A stretch of 63,864 bases of DNA, counting the filler, from Nemertoderma westbladi (lineage: Eukaryota; Animalia; Xenacoelomorpha), in the NCBI GenBank assembly GCA_032718475.1. It is 4 parts of 4 records of this genome, joined end to end, with 100 filler letters (N's around TTAATTAATTAA, not from the genome) between each part and the next. Parts side by side here need not be neighbours in the genome. Positions count along the whole stretch, not along the records: positions 22,469 to 37,194 come from JAUCBJ010008671.1; 3 more parts are not named here. One strand, given 5' to 3'. Below, in pieces: positions 25,482-37,294 of this stretch. Under the pieces are notes generated by a model. That model saw only the letters and a list, made by a program, of their open reading frames with translations, searched no databases and was not told the DNA's origin. The stretch's first letter is position 1; every line of letters starts with the position of its first letter. A program made the translations under genes and the position numbers.

Positions 25482-26930
25482 TTATAATTCCTCGCGGCGT
25501 TTCCGCGCAATACTAGAACTCTCTACCATTAGCTCAATCGATTCTATGTAACTTTTAACAGTTTTGTTTAATTTTAATGTCGAATAAATATAATTTTCGC
25601 TGGAGTATAATGTTGGAGCCACAGCGAAGTGAACCTTACGACCAGTGTCTTCAATAACATGGCGGGAGATAGAAGATTCATTTATCTTTATTACAACGGA
25701 ATATCTCAATCTATCCTCGTAGTCTTCCAAGGCTGTCAGTAATCTCCATGTTAACAGCTCTTCACCGGCGCCAATCTCTTTGTAGATTATCATAAATATA
25801 GAGTTTCCCGATGTAAATGATCCGACATTTTGCTCTCTAGAGTGTCTAGCTAACCGGATGTACCGCGCCCAATTGGCAACACGATCGTCACAAACATCCA
25901 TCATAGTTTCATTATCGAGTTTCCATGGCTTCCATGGACTAGCATCTTCAGCATCGAATTCATTGATCGGGAATGCGGCACCTTCAAGTCTGAAGAGAGC
26001 ACCAGCTGGGAGCTTCCGTTTAGCGAACACTCCAGAGCAATTCAACACTTTCAAACTACGAAGTTCCAAAATGGTAGGCAAAGACTTTTGAGACCTATTT
26101 ATTGTCCCGATTGAAATATTTGGGCCTTCTAGCCAATACGCATTGCTAAAAATAAGGTTGGTTAAATTCTTGTTGATCAACTCATATATGAATTCTCTTG
26201 GGTTTATGAGTTTCGGCGCGAAGTTTTCGTATATTCGAGTTGGCGTCGCATCGTTAGATAAGTAACCGCCGCACTTAATATTGAATCCTCTATTTCGGTC
26301 GGCATGGCAGTTACCACTTTGGAGAGCTAGTAAAGAGGTCTGTAACGTTATGTAACCCGTTACCTCTTGCAGACATGGTAGCGTAAAACCATAATTCAAC
26401 GCGTAACTAATACCATACCATGCCTTCAATTCGTTGCCAGCGTAAACCTTTTTGTATACCAGATAGTAGATGCGGTTATTATATAACAATGGTACCATGT
26501 TTTGTTCGGCTTCAGTATTAGCCGCATTTATGTAACGACACCAGTTGCTAGTCTCATCGTGGTCGGCCTCTAAAGTCATAATATTTGACTTTCCTGGTAG
26601 AGAATTGGCGAACACCCAGTTGTATTTGTGATGAGTGCTCGGATATATATTAGTTTCGTATAGTATTCCAGTCATCTCGGCGAAGGATCCCGTCTCTAAA
26701 TCGACCGTAGTAAACACACCGAGTCCCGCATCAGGTATCCCAGATTCTTTCAATTCAAACCGCTCCGGTAAGCTTAATTTGGCGCGGTTTCGGACACCCA
26801 TTGCTACTGGGGTATCTTTTATAAAGGTTAATTTCGGTATAATTATGTTTATGTCCACCGTTACACCACTACCACCAATACTTATATACACCACTGTGAT
26901 TAAAGTGAAGAAGATATGGTATGATCTCAT
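25482..26930 (-). CDS. Intronless tandem PR/SET-domain protein (PRDM7/9-like) with putative signal peptide
   Basis: 482 aa from ATG 26930; LTFIKDTPV..NRAKLSLP..SGIPDAGLGVF..SNWCRYINAANTEAEQNM..ELKAWYG, then a second domain SLP..GVFAKRKLPAG..ANWARYIRLARHSREQNV..EELLTW; hydrophobic N-terminus; ends RKRREEL. Confidence 0.88.
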   Translation of the reverse strand: MRSYHIFFTLITVVYISIGGSGVTVDINIIIPKLTFIKDTPVAMGVRNRAKLSLPERFELKESGIPDAGLGVFTTVDLETGSFAEMTGILYETNIYPSTHHKYNWVFANSLPGKSNIMTLEADHDETSNWCRYINAANTEAEQNMVPLLYNNRIYYLVYKKVYAGNELKAWYGISYALNYGFTLPCLQEVTGYITLQTSLLALQSGNCHADRNRGFNIKCGGYLSNDATPTRIYENFAPKLINPREFIYELINKNLTNLIFSNAYWLEGPNISIGTINRSQKSLPTILELRSLKVLNCSGVFAKRKLPAGALFRLEGAAFPINEFDAEDASPWKPWKLDNETMMDVCDDRVANWARYIRLARHSREQNVGSFTSGNSIFMIIYKEIGAGEELLTWRLLTALEDYEDRLRYSVVIKINESSISRHVIEDTGRKVHFAVAPTLYSSENYIYSTLKLNKTVKSYIESIELMVESSSIARKRREEL

Positions 26931-27456
26931 CTTGGGCACAGTAATCGTATCTACTGTATCTAATATCTACTGTATTTATTTGCCCATACTACGGTACTGC
27001 ATATATGTTGGATAGCCCATCATTTATGTTCTGAGTGATTTAATATATTCTTCCATATTTCTATAACACTAGGTTGTAATTGAACTCGAGTCTGAGTGGC
27101 GGTATTGATTGCTACATTACGTAGTATTGTGAAACGAAGTATTGAAGAGGCAGTATTGCCCAATCTGCGGTTACTGTAGCTTTTATTTTTGCTAGCTACA
27201 GTATTGATTGATATCAGAGGAATGAGTATAATTTTTTTCTATGGTAGATTGTTCTTTAGTGTAATTACTTGTGTAGGCTATCTTTAATATCTAGATATCT
27301 AGCTATAAAACGTATAAGTGGGTGATTCACAATAAAAAAAACCGATTAATCTCAAACAAATTACGCTAGGAATGTGGTGTGAATTGGCGCAAATTCCATA
27401 TCGATGAATTAATTTCACATCAATGTTAATTTATCCTTTCAGTTTGTTATAAAGGA

Positions 27457-27750
27457 GCAGCGCTGGCCCTGTGGTACACAGCACGGTGTACACCGCGCTG
27501 TGCACCGCAGGGCCAGCGGTACACCGCGCTGTGCACCACAGGGCCAGCGGTACACCGCGCTGTGTACCACAGGGCCAGCGGTACACCGTGCTGTGTACCG
27601 CTGGCCCTGCGGTACACCGCGCTGTGCACGACCCTGCGGTATACGAGCGGTATCTGAGCGGTAAATTATTTGATTTAGACTACCGTTGACTGTGAACGAC
27701 CCCCACAACATAGAGATGTCGCTCCGTGCGGTTTACCACAGCCCGTAGTA
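27457..27750. repeat. 31-bp GC-rich tandem repeat within a MITE remnant
   Basis: Unit AGGGCCAGCGGTACACCGCGCTGTGCACCAC; flanking GACTGTGAACGACCC and GCGGTTTACC are shared with the MITE at 62502-63414. Confidence 0.7.
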
Positions 27751-29014
27751 ATATTGTTAAAAAAATTATTGTCACGACTTTTGAATTAACTGTGAACAGA
27801 GAGATAGACGAGCAGAAACAAAAACGATAAACGAAAATGAATGAATAGCCCTGGTTAACGGTACAGTTGCATTTTTGTTCGTAATCACCTGATAATCTGA
27901 AGATTTTTCCCTGTAGGTGGTTTAATTTTTATTCGTCACAAGACCCCGTCCTATCAGCCAGTAATACATTTAATTTCAATGTAAATAATTTACATAACGT
28001 TGCAAGGTAATTTGGTTAAGTATCTTGGGAAGTGATTATTTGGGAATTAATAAGGAACAGGCGGGGGGGGGGGTATTAATATTAGTTGATACAACCCCGA
28101 ACACCATTCCCTTCATGATCTGTCGCTGGCAATGCAATAGCTTAAATGTAAATCACCAAAAAATATGAATATATCTTAATAACGTGAAATATCTTAATAA
28201 CGTCTTTACGTCTAGTGCTATTCAATTGGAACTAATGACGTTCACAATTAGAATTACTCACGCTTTGATTAGCACTATTAATTGACGTATCCGGATTAGA
28301 ACAAATGGCGGTTGGTTGGTTTAGAACTAAGAGACTATTCCATAGGAACTAATGACGTTTACGGTTAGAACTAATGACGCACCCATTGGAACTAATGACG
28401 TATCCGGTTTGGTATTAAAGTACCTTAGAACTAACGTCACCCAATGCCCAAACCCTCCTCCTCCTCCCACTGTCTCTGTTGTCTCACATAAAGATACTAA
28501 CAAAATTTCGAAATTCTCATTTTTCCCGCCTTTATAAGAATACTCTAATGCGCGCACTATTGGCTAAAGTTATCTCGTTTCCCTGGAAACTTAATGACAA
28601 ATGTCAACAATTTCTTGTTTCAGTCTGATAGTTGAATATAATTATTGGCCTACCAGTTTCAGTTGTGCATTGTGAGTATTGATTCATGACTGCAGGACTG
28701 TATTGCTGCACTGTATTCTATTACAGTATTATATGATTGATCATACATAAAGCAGTGCAGTAGGCCTACCGTCATCAGTTGCATAGTTATTATACAGCTA
28801 CTACAGTACTTTCGGGTATATCTCAAATGAATTATCGGAGTAGACACCTATATCATCGTTTCAGGTTCAGCTCAAATTCAATTTATGTTAGGGATACCAG
28901 TATACCGTATAAACATCATAAACATCATCTGTAAACCATAAGTCAGTACAGTAGTGGTCTACGCTACAGGTCTACCGGTACTAGTAAGACTGTAACTGTG
29001 TTAAATAAATAACA

Positions 29015-31087
29015 ATGCCTTCTCGCGTTCAGTCGGAGTATCATAAAGAATTCAACTGGAAGGGTTCCTGGAAATCGGCTTCCTATAAACCACCCAAGGA
29101 GGTTTTAGCTCCGGACGCGGGAAAAGCTTCGAGCAAACAATATCTGCAGAGCGAGCCTGCGATACAGCATAAAAAATCGGTGATTCCAGTGAGAGAAACC
29201 CGACATCTTACTACATATATAGACGACGAGGCATCTACTGAGAGATCCATTCGGGATGAACCACTGCCAGCCCCGAGGAAACCTAAGCAGTTCCACCACT
29301 CTGTGGAACATGGTCATCCAGGTGCGGAACACGGTCATCCAGGTGCGGAACACAATCACCATGTGTCTGAACATATCCTCCATGGCACCGAACATGGCCA
29401 TCATGGGAAGGGTCATGTCCACCACCATGAAAGACGAGACGTCCAAGCTGTTATTGATCGACCCAGAGACAACACGACAGATCAGAATAAAATCGAGGAA
29501 CTTTACGCGAACGTTTTCAGTAAGGGGGAACACCTCCACCACCACCACGAGGAACAGAAGCCGATTAAATCTGAACATCGGGACAGTAAGAAATACATCA
29601 TTGCGAAAGATAAGGGGCTGCAAACATACCAGCCGAAAGATGATATCAATCAGTTTTTAGAGAGTAAAGATAACAGGAATTACAAGTCAAATACGGATGA
29701 GGTCCGTCGAAGGGAAGTTCAGTTAAACGCGTCAAACAAGAATTCGTATCTGGCTAAGGGACCCGATCCAGTTAAGGAAGAAGCTACGCAGACATACGAA
29801 GTCGATTCGGCCCTGAAACTCCGAGCCGGAATAAAAAGCGCCGCCCCAAAGAAGTTCTCTGAGTATCAGATCCAGTTTAATTGGAAGAAACCGGTGGTCC
29901 GCAGTTCTGGTGGTCAGCTGGTCGCCTCAGAGGAGGTTGTCCCGCGCGATCCCGTTCCCAAATACATCCCGGATCGGATCCCCAAGGTGAGCGAGTACCG
30001 GAAGCAGTTCCAGGGCTGGTCGCGAGAGGCGCCAGGACGGCTGGAAGGTGGGTGTAGGTCTGGGATCGGGAGGGAGGAAGAGATGGCGGGTAGAGAGCCG
30101 AGGTACGGGGTGGTGACCAAGTCGAAACCCCACGGAGACAAACGGACGCGCTCGAGAACCGTCGAGGTCTCGTTGGATCAACTGCCCGCGGCCGGTCGGC
30201 GGGTCTTCGACGACTCGAGATACGACCCGCGGATGATGGAACCCTCGGAACGGGTTAACCCAACGGTGAGACCCGCCGGCGGGTTCGTAGCTACGCACCC
30301 AGGGCGACGGGTCACCTCCGAGTATCGATCCAACTACAAGAGTCCCACGGTGTTCCGATACGATGAGGGGGCCTGGAAGGGGGCGGATCCGCCGCATCTG
30401 CTGCCCCCTCAGGGGGAAGGGGGGAAGGGAGATGGGGCAACGTGGTACGAGGGCGTGAAGGAGTTGCGGAAACAAGCCGAGGGATACGGGAAACGGACGC
30501 AAGGAACGCAGTTCTCTAAGGAGCAGCGGGATCGCGATCTGGAGCAGAATAATAGGGAGGCTGAGACGTGGAGCAATGTGTCAATGGTGTCGAGAGAGGA
30601 ACAGAGGACTGGAGAGGAACGGAGGAGTGGGGAGGAACGGAGGGGTGGGGAGGAACGCTATATCGGAGGCGAGGAACGCTATATCGGAAGTGATATCCCG
30701 GAAGATATCCGTTTGGACGTGGATGCAGACAGCGTTGAGGCGCGCCCGTTGCCACGGCAGCGGGGAGAGCGTCGCGATGGTTGGACCGAGAGCGTGGTTT
30801 CTGAGTCCACCGTGCGGGACACACAGCGGACACAGACGACGACCACGGTGCTGGACGAGGGCGGTGGACCCGGCAGACTTACCACCCCCACTGTAGACGA
30901 CCTACAGGCTAAGAGACACCACCTCGACTTGACCACCCCGTCGATTGGCGGCGCTCTGTTAGTCAACCAGAGTCTCGAGGCCGTCTCTCCTACTATCGAA
31001 GAGGAACCGGAGAGGAACTACCCGCTGCACAAAGTTACTAAGGCGGAGTACCAACCGGTCGAACCAAAACCAACAAACATATACAGG
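29015..31087 (+). CDS. MDM1: Nuclear protein MDM1 (centriolar microtubule-binding protein), exon 1
   Basis: Repeated SEYxxxF motifs (SEYHKEFNWK, SEYQIQFNWK, SEYRKQF, SEYRSNY), WYEGVKELRKQAEGYGKRTQGTQFS, GRLTTP, HHLDLTTPSIGGALLV; donor AGG|gtaagt, phase 0 (691 codons). Confidence 0.9.
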
Positions 31088-31203
31088 GTAAGTCAATATC
31101 ACTGGATTACATTACCAGCCAAACCCAATGTAAACAGGAAACAGGTATTGCATGAAGTATTGCATGCATTATATTATGGTATGTCATCAAGCCAATCAAT
31201 CGC

Positions 31204-33265
31204 AGTCCAGGATCTGGATCCCAGTCTAGGATCTGGATCCCAGTCTAGGATCTGGATCCCAGTCTAGGATCTGTATCCCAGTCCAAGATCTGGATCCCAG
31301 TCCAGGATCTGGATCCCAGTCCAGGATCTGGATCCCATGATCTGGATCCCAGTCCAGGATCTGTATCCCAGTCCAGGATCTGGATCCCAGTCCAGTATCT
31401 TTCTCCCAGTCCAGGATCTGGATCCCAGTCCAGGATCTGGATCCCAGTCCAGGATCTGGATCCCAGTCCAGGATCTGTATCCCAGTCCAGGATCTGTATC
31501 CCAGTCCAGGATCTGGATCCCAGTCCAGGATCTCTCTCCCAGTCCAGGATCTGTATCCCAGTCCAGGATCTGGATCCCAGTCCAGGATCTGTATCCCAGT
31601 CCAGGATCTGGATCCCAGCCCAGGATCTGGATCCCAGTCTAGGATCTGTATCCCAGTCCAGGATATGGATCCCAGTCCAGGATCTGTATCCCAGTCCAGG
31701 ATCTGGATCGCAGTCCAGGATCTTTCTCCCAGTCCAGGATCTGTATCCCAGTCCAGGATCTGGATCCCAGTCCAGGATCTGTATCCCAGTCCAGGATCTG
31801 GATCCCAGCCCAGGATCTGGATCCCAGTCTAGGATCTGTATCCCAGTCCAGGATATGGATCCCAGTCCAGGATCTGTATCCCAGTCCAGGATCTGGATCC
31901 CAGTCCAGGATCTGTATCCCAATCCAGGATCTGTATCCCAGTCCAGGATCTGGATCACAGTCCAGGATCTGGATCCCATGATCTGGATCCCAGTCCAGGA
32001 TCTGTATCCCAGTCCAGGATCTGTATCCCAGTCCAGGATCTGGATCCCAGTCCAGGATCTTTCTCCCAGTCCAGGATCTGGATCCCAGTCCGGGATCTGG
32101 ATCCCAGTCCAGGATCTGGATCCCAGTCCAGGATCTGGATCCCAGTCCAGGATCTGTATCCCAGTCCAGGATCTGTATCCCAGTCCAGGATCTGGATCCC
32201 AGTCCAAGATCTGGTTCCCAGTCCAGGATCGGGATCCCAGTCTAGGATCTGGATCCCAGTCCAGGATCTGTATCCCAGTCCAGGATCTGGATCCCAGTCC
32301 GGGATCTGGATCCCAGTCCGGGATCTGGATCCCAGTCCAGGATCTGGATCCCAGTCCAGTATCTGTATCCCAGTCCAGGATCTGGATCCCAGTCCAGGAT
32401 CTGGATCCCAGACCAGGATCTGGATCCCAGTGCAGGATCTGGATCCCAGTCCAGGATCTTTCTCCCAGTCCAGGATCTGTATCCCAGACCAGTATCTGGA
32501 TCCCAGTCCAGGATCTGTATCCCCCAATCCAGGATCTGTATCCCAGTCCAGGATCTGGATCCCAGTCCAGGATCTGTATCCCAGTCCAGGATCTGGATCC
32601 CAGTCCAGGATCTTTCTCCCAGTCCAGGATCTGTATCACAGTCCAGGATCTGGATCCCAGCCCAGGATCTGTATCCCAGTCCAGGATCTGGATCCCAGTC
32701 CAGGATCTGGATCCCAGTCCAGGATCTGTATCCCAGTCCAGGATATGGATCCCAGTCTAGGACCTGGATCCCAGTCCAGGATCTGGATTCCAGTCCAGGA
32801 TCTGGATCCCAGTCCAGGATCTGGATCCCAGTCCAGGATCTGGATCCCAGTCTAGGATCTGGATTCCAGTCCAGGATCTGGATCCCAGTCCAGGATCTGG
32901 ATCCCAGTCCAGGATCTGTATCCCAGTCCAGGATCTGTATCCCAGTCCAGGATATGGATCCCAGTCTAGGACCTGGATCCCTGTCCAGGATCTGGACCCA
33001 GTCCAGGATCTGGATCCCAGTCCATGATCTCTATCCCAGTCCAGGATATGGATCCCAGTCTAGGACCTGGATCCCAGTCCAGGATCTGGATTCCAGTCCA
33101 GGATCTGGATCCCAGTCCAGGATCTGGATCCCAGTCCAGGATCTGGATCCCAGTCCAGGATCTGGATCCCAGTCTAGGATCTGGATTCCAGTCCGGGATC
33201 TGGATCCCAGTCCAGGATCTGTATCCCAGTCCAGGATCTGGATCCCAGTCCAGGATCTGGATCCC
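31204..33265. repeat. 19-bp minisatellite (CCAGTCCAGGATCTGGATC) in the MDM1 intron
   Basis: Period 19; overlapping ORFs are artefacts. Confidence 0.96.
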
Positions 33266-33502
33266 TGTACCCGAAAAGGTCATTCCAATGTTGCGATATT
33301 TCAGCACTTTTAATAAATATTTCACTCTATTATAATGAAGTTTTCGTTCCGCTCTCTTCGCTTGCATTCTCGATCTGTTTTATTCGTAGGCTCTTTGCGT
33401 TCCTTTACAAAACAGCTAATATGGCATACCGGTGTGACAATAATTTATATGCTATGCAATTAAACAAATTAATTTATTTTATTTAAAAAAAATTGCAAAT
33501 TA

Positions 33503-35475
33503 TGTGCTCTACATATAGCAATGAGGTGCTCTATATGTAGCAATGAGGTGCTCTATATGTAGCAATGATGTGTTCTACATATAGCAATGAGGTGCTCTAT
33601 ATGTAGCAATGAGGTGCTCTATATTTAGCAATGATGTGTTCTACATATAGCAATGAGGTGCTCTATATGTAGCAATGAGGTGCTCTATATGTAGCAATGA
33701 TGTGTTCTACATATAGCAATGAGGTGCTCTATATGTAGCAATGAGGTGCTCTATATGTAGCAATGATGTGTTCTACATATTGCAATGAGGTGCTCTATAT
33801 GTAGCAATGATGTGTTCTACATATTGCAATGAGGTGCTCTATATGTAGCAATGATGTGTTCTACATATTGCAATGAGGTGCTCTATATGTAGCAATGATG
33901 TGTTCTACATGTAGCAATGAGGTGCTCTATATGTAGCAATGATGTGTTCTACATATAGCAATGAGGTGCTCTATATGTAGCAATGAGGTGCTCTATATGT
34001 AGCAATGAGGTGCTCTATATTTAGCAATGATGTGTTCTACATATAGCAATGAGGTGCTCTATATGTAGCAATGATGTGTTCTACATGTAGCAATGAGGTG
34101 CTCTATATGTAGCAATGATGTGTTCTACATATAGCAATGAGGTGCTCTATATGTAGCAATGAGGTGCTCTATATGTAGCAATGATGTGTTCTACATATAG
34201 CAATGAGGTGCTCTATATGTAGCAATGATGTGTTCTACATATAGCAATGAGGTGCTCTATATGTAGCAATGATGTGTTCTACATATAGCAATGAGGTGCT
34301 CTATATGTAGCAATGATGTGTTCTACATGTAGCAATGAGGTGCTCTATATGTAGCAATGATGTGTTCTACATATAGCAATGAGGTGCTCTATATGTAGCA
34401 ATGAGGTGCTCTATATGTAGCAATGAGGTGCTCTATATTTAGCAATGATGTGTTCTACATATAGCAATGAGGTGCTCTATATGTAGCAATGATGTGTTCT
34501 ACATGTAGCAATGAGGTGCTCTATATGTAGCAATGATGTGTTCTACATATAGGTGCTCTATATGTAGCAATGAGGTGCTCTATATGTAGCAATGAGGTGC
34601 TCTATATGTAGCAATGAGGTGCTCTATATGTAGCAATGATGTGTTCTACATGTAGCAATGAGGTGCTCTATATGTATCAATGATGTGTTCTACATATAGC
34701 AATGAGGTGCTCTATATGTAGCAATGATGTGTTCTACATATAGCAATGAGGTGCTCTATATGTAGCAATGATGTGTTCTACATGTAGCAATGAGGTGTTC
34801 TACATGTAGCAATGAGGTGCTCTATATGTAGCAATGATGTGTTCTACATATAGCAATGAGGTGCTCTATATGTAGCAATGAGGTGCTCTATATATAGCAA
34901 TGAGGTGCTCTATATGTAGCAATGAGGTGTTCTATATGTAGCAATGAGGTGCTCTATATGTAGCAATGAGGTGCTCTATATGTAGCAATGAGGTGCTCTA
35001 TATGTAGCAATGAGGTGCTCTACATGTAGCAATGAGGTGCTCTATATGTAGCAATGATGTGTTCTACATATAGCAATGACGTGCTCTATATGTAGCAATG
35101 ACGTGCTCTATATGTAGCAATGATGTGTTCTACATATAGCAATGAGGTGCTCTATATGTAGCAATGAGGTGCTCTATATGTAGCAATGAGGTGCTCTATA
35201 TGTAGCAATGAGGTGCTCTATATGTAGCAATGAGGTGCTCTACATATAGCAATGAGGTGCTCTATATGTAGCAATGATGTGTTCTAGATGTAGCAATGAT
35301 GTGTTCTACATATAGCAATGACGTGCTCTATATGTAGCAATGACGTGCTCTATATGTAGCAATGATGTGTTCTACATATAGCAATGAGGTGCTCTATATG
35401 TAGCAATGAGGTGCTCTACATATAGCAATGAGGTGCTCTATATGTAGCAATGATGTGTTCTAGATGTAGCAATGG
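33503..35475. repeat. 22-bp minisatellite (TAGCAATGAGGTGCTCTATATG) in the MDM1 intron
   Basis: Two interspersed unit variants, period 22. Confidence 0.96.
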
Positions 35476-35648
35476 GGACCTCTACATATTTTTTATCTTT
35501 GCAATAAATTATGGTAACACCTCATTGCCGAAACCCAGCTGTACTCAACCTTCGGCTTCTGAACGACTTTGGTTGGACTCGACGTTTGCCATTATGCAAT
35601 TCCTCGTAATTGGACATGGATTTTGCAGTAGCAACATTAAAAGATAGT

Positions 35649-35755
35649 GCATTTTTTACTTTACTTTACTCTGTTTTAGGTAGCGCATTTTTTACTTTAC
35701 TTTACTTTGTTTTAGGTAGCGCATTTTTTACTTTACTTTACTTTGTTTTAGGTAG
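35649..35755 (+). repeat. Three 36-bp copies of the MDM1 splice acceptor
   Basis: TTTTAG|GTAG junctions at 35680, 35716 and 35752. Confidence 0.9.
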
Positions 35756-36450
35756 TGCCTGGTAGAGTAAATTCTAGTAAAGGGGAGAGCCCTGCGGCGA
35801 CGTACCATGACGACAGCGGTGACTATTATAGAGCGCACACCCTGAGTAGAGAGGAACGCTCTCCTCACGGTGGAGAAGGGAACTACAGACAGCAAGAAGA
35901 GTACCGTAGATACCCACGAGATGGCGGACACAGACACAAGGGAAGTAGGGATATTTACCCAACGGCTTCCCATACGATGCCAAAACGACACGAACATCCT
36001 GTTAGGCATTCCAAGTGTATTCCCTACCAGTACAGGGGTGCTGACCAGTATAGGGGTGCTGACCAGTACAGGGTTGTTGACCGGGTTGATGGTGACCTAC
36101 ACGATGACCCCAGACCAGCGAGAGTCGAAGAGGCTGATTTTGGGGTGGATCCCGTGGAAGTTGAATATCGACATCAGCCGGTTCAGAGTAAGTACTACAG
36201 TCAGGTAAGGAAACCACTGCCGGGGTACAGTCAGGCGCAACCGGGGTCTCGGAGACCGGTCGCTAGGGGGGTTGCTAGGGGGTCGCCGGTCCGTAGAGAG
36301 CAGACCACCGACGATGACGACCGGTTGTCTGTCATCTCGTTGGCGAGTTCGTCGTCGATAGCCCAGGATACCCTGCGACGAGCGCGCTCGCGACGAGACG
36401 AGTTCTGGGGCAAACGAATGCAGCCCAAGCTGCGTCATTCTAGGAAGTAA
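35752..36450 (+). CDS. MDM1: MDM1 exon 2 (terminal)
   Basis: Phase-0 acceptor ttttag|GTA; C-terminal DDDRLSVISLASSSSIAQDTLRRARSRRDEFWGK matches the conserved MDM1 tail; joined protein about 923 aa. Confidence 0.88.
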   Translation, partial: VVPGRVNSSKGESPAATYHDDSGDYYRAHTLSREERSPHGGEGNYRQQEEYRRYPRDGGHRHKGSRDIYPTASHTMPKRHEHPVRHSKCIPYQYRGADQYRGADQYRVVDRVDGDLHDDPRPARVEEADFGVDPVEVEYRHQPVQSKYYSQVRKPLPGYSQAQPGSRRPVARGVARGSPVRREQTTDDDDRLSVISLASSSSIAQDTLRRARSRRDEFWGKRMQPKLRHSRK

Positions 36451-36876
36451 CCAATCAGTGACTGCCACGTAGAAACTGCCTTTAGACCCTCACGAATTAA
36501 TCACATTGGTTAAAACTTTACTTTCCTAAAACGCTAATTTTCTTTTCTACTTATATATTTTTATATATTTTTTACTTCAGTTTTCTGTCCAGCACAACTC
36601 TACCAACCAGCGCCGTATTAATGTAATATGTTTATGCATATTAAAAAAAAAATACTACTACATTAATGTAATGTTGGTTTTGAACTTATATTGTATTGTT
36701 TAAGTAAGTAGGCAGGTAAATAATGTAATATGTCTAATATATTTACCGCAAAAATGCATTTCTACAAGTGTTATGCGGTTGTTATGCGGTTGTTTTGTTC
36801 GTGTTCAATATTTCGATATACATTTAGAGATCCAAAATTACCTATTTTTCTCAGGACGCAAATATTACCAAAAATG

Positions 36877-36972
36877 TCGGGATCGGGACCGGGATTGCAT
36901 TTTTCGCCGGGATCCCGGTTTTTCGGGATCGGGATCCCGGTTTTTCGGGATCGGGATCCCGTTTAAACACTA
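36877..36972 (-). mobile_element. One end of a hAT-like MITE with GGGATCCCG subterminal repeats
   Basis: Minus strand reads TAGTGTTTAAACGGGATCCCGATCCCGAAAAACCGGGATCCCG...; partner end not found. Confidence 0.45.
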
Positions 36973-37194
36973 GGGTATATTGCAAAGTAAAATTTACAGC
37001 AGAAAGTCTAGTATACTTCGCGTGGGCCATTATTTTAGACTAATTATCAACGAAGATACTGTAGTTAACTAGAGTTTTTAGCTACCCATAATATTTATTT
37101 TATAATGTATTTAATGTAGTTTATTAGTGTTATTGTGCGTTTAAACCACTTCATTTAAATATAAAATAATATTCGTGTAATAATTTGTTTCATA

Positions 37195-37294
37195 NNNNNN
37201 NNNNNNNNNNNNNNNNNNNNNNNNNNNNNNNNNNNNNNTTAATTAATTAANNNNNNNNNNNNNNNNNNNNNNNNNNNNNNNNNNNNNNNNNNNN
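37195..37294. other. Artificial contig linker
   Basis: 44 N + TTAATTAATTAA + 44 N. Confidence 0.98.
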
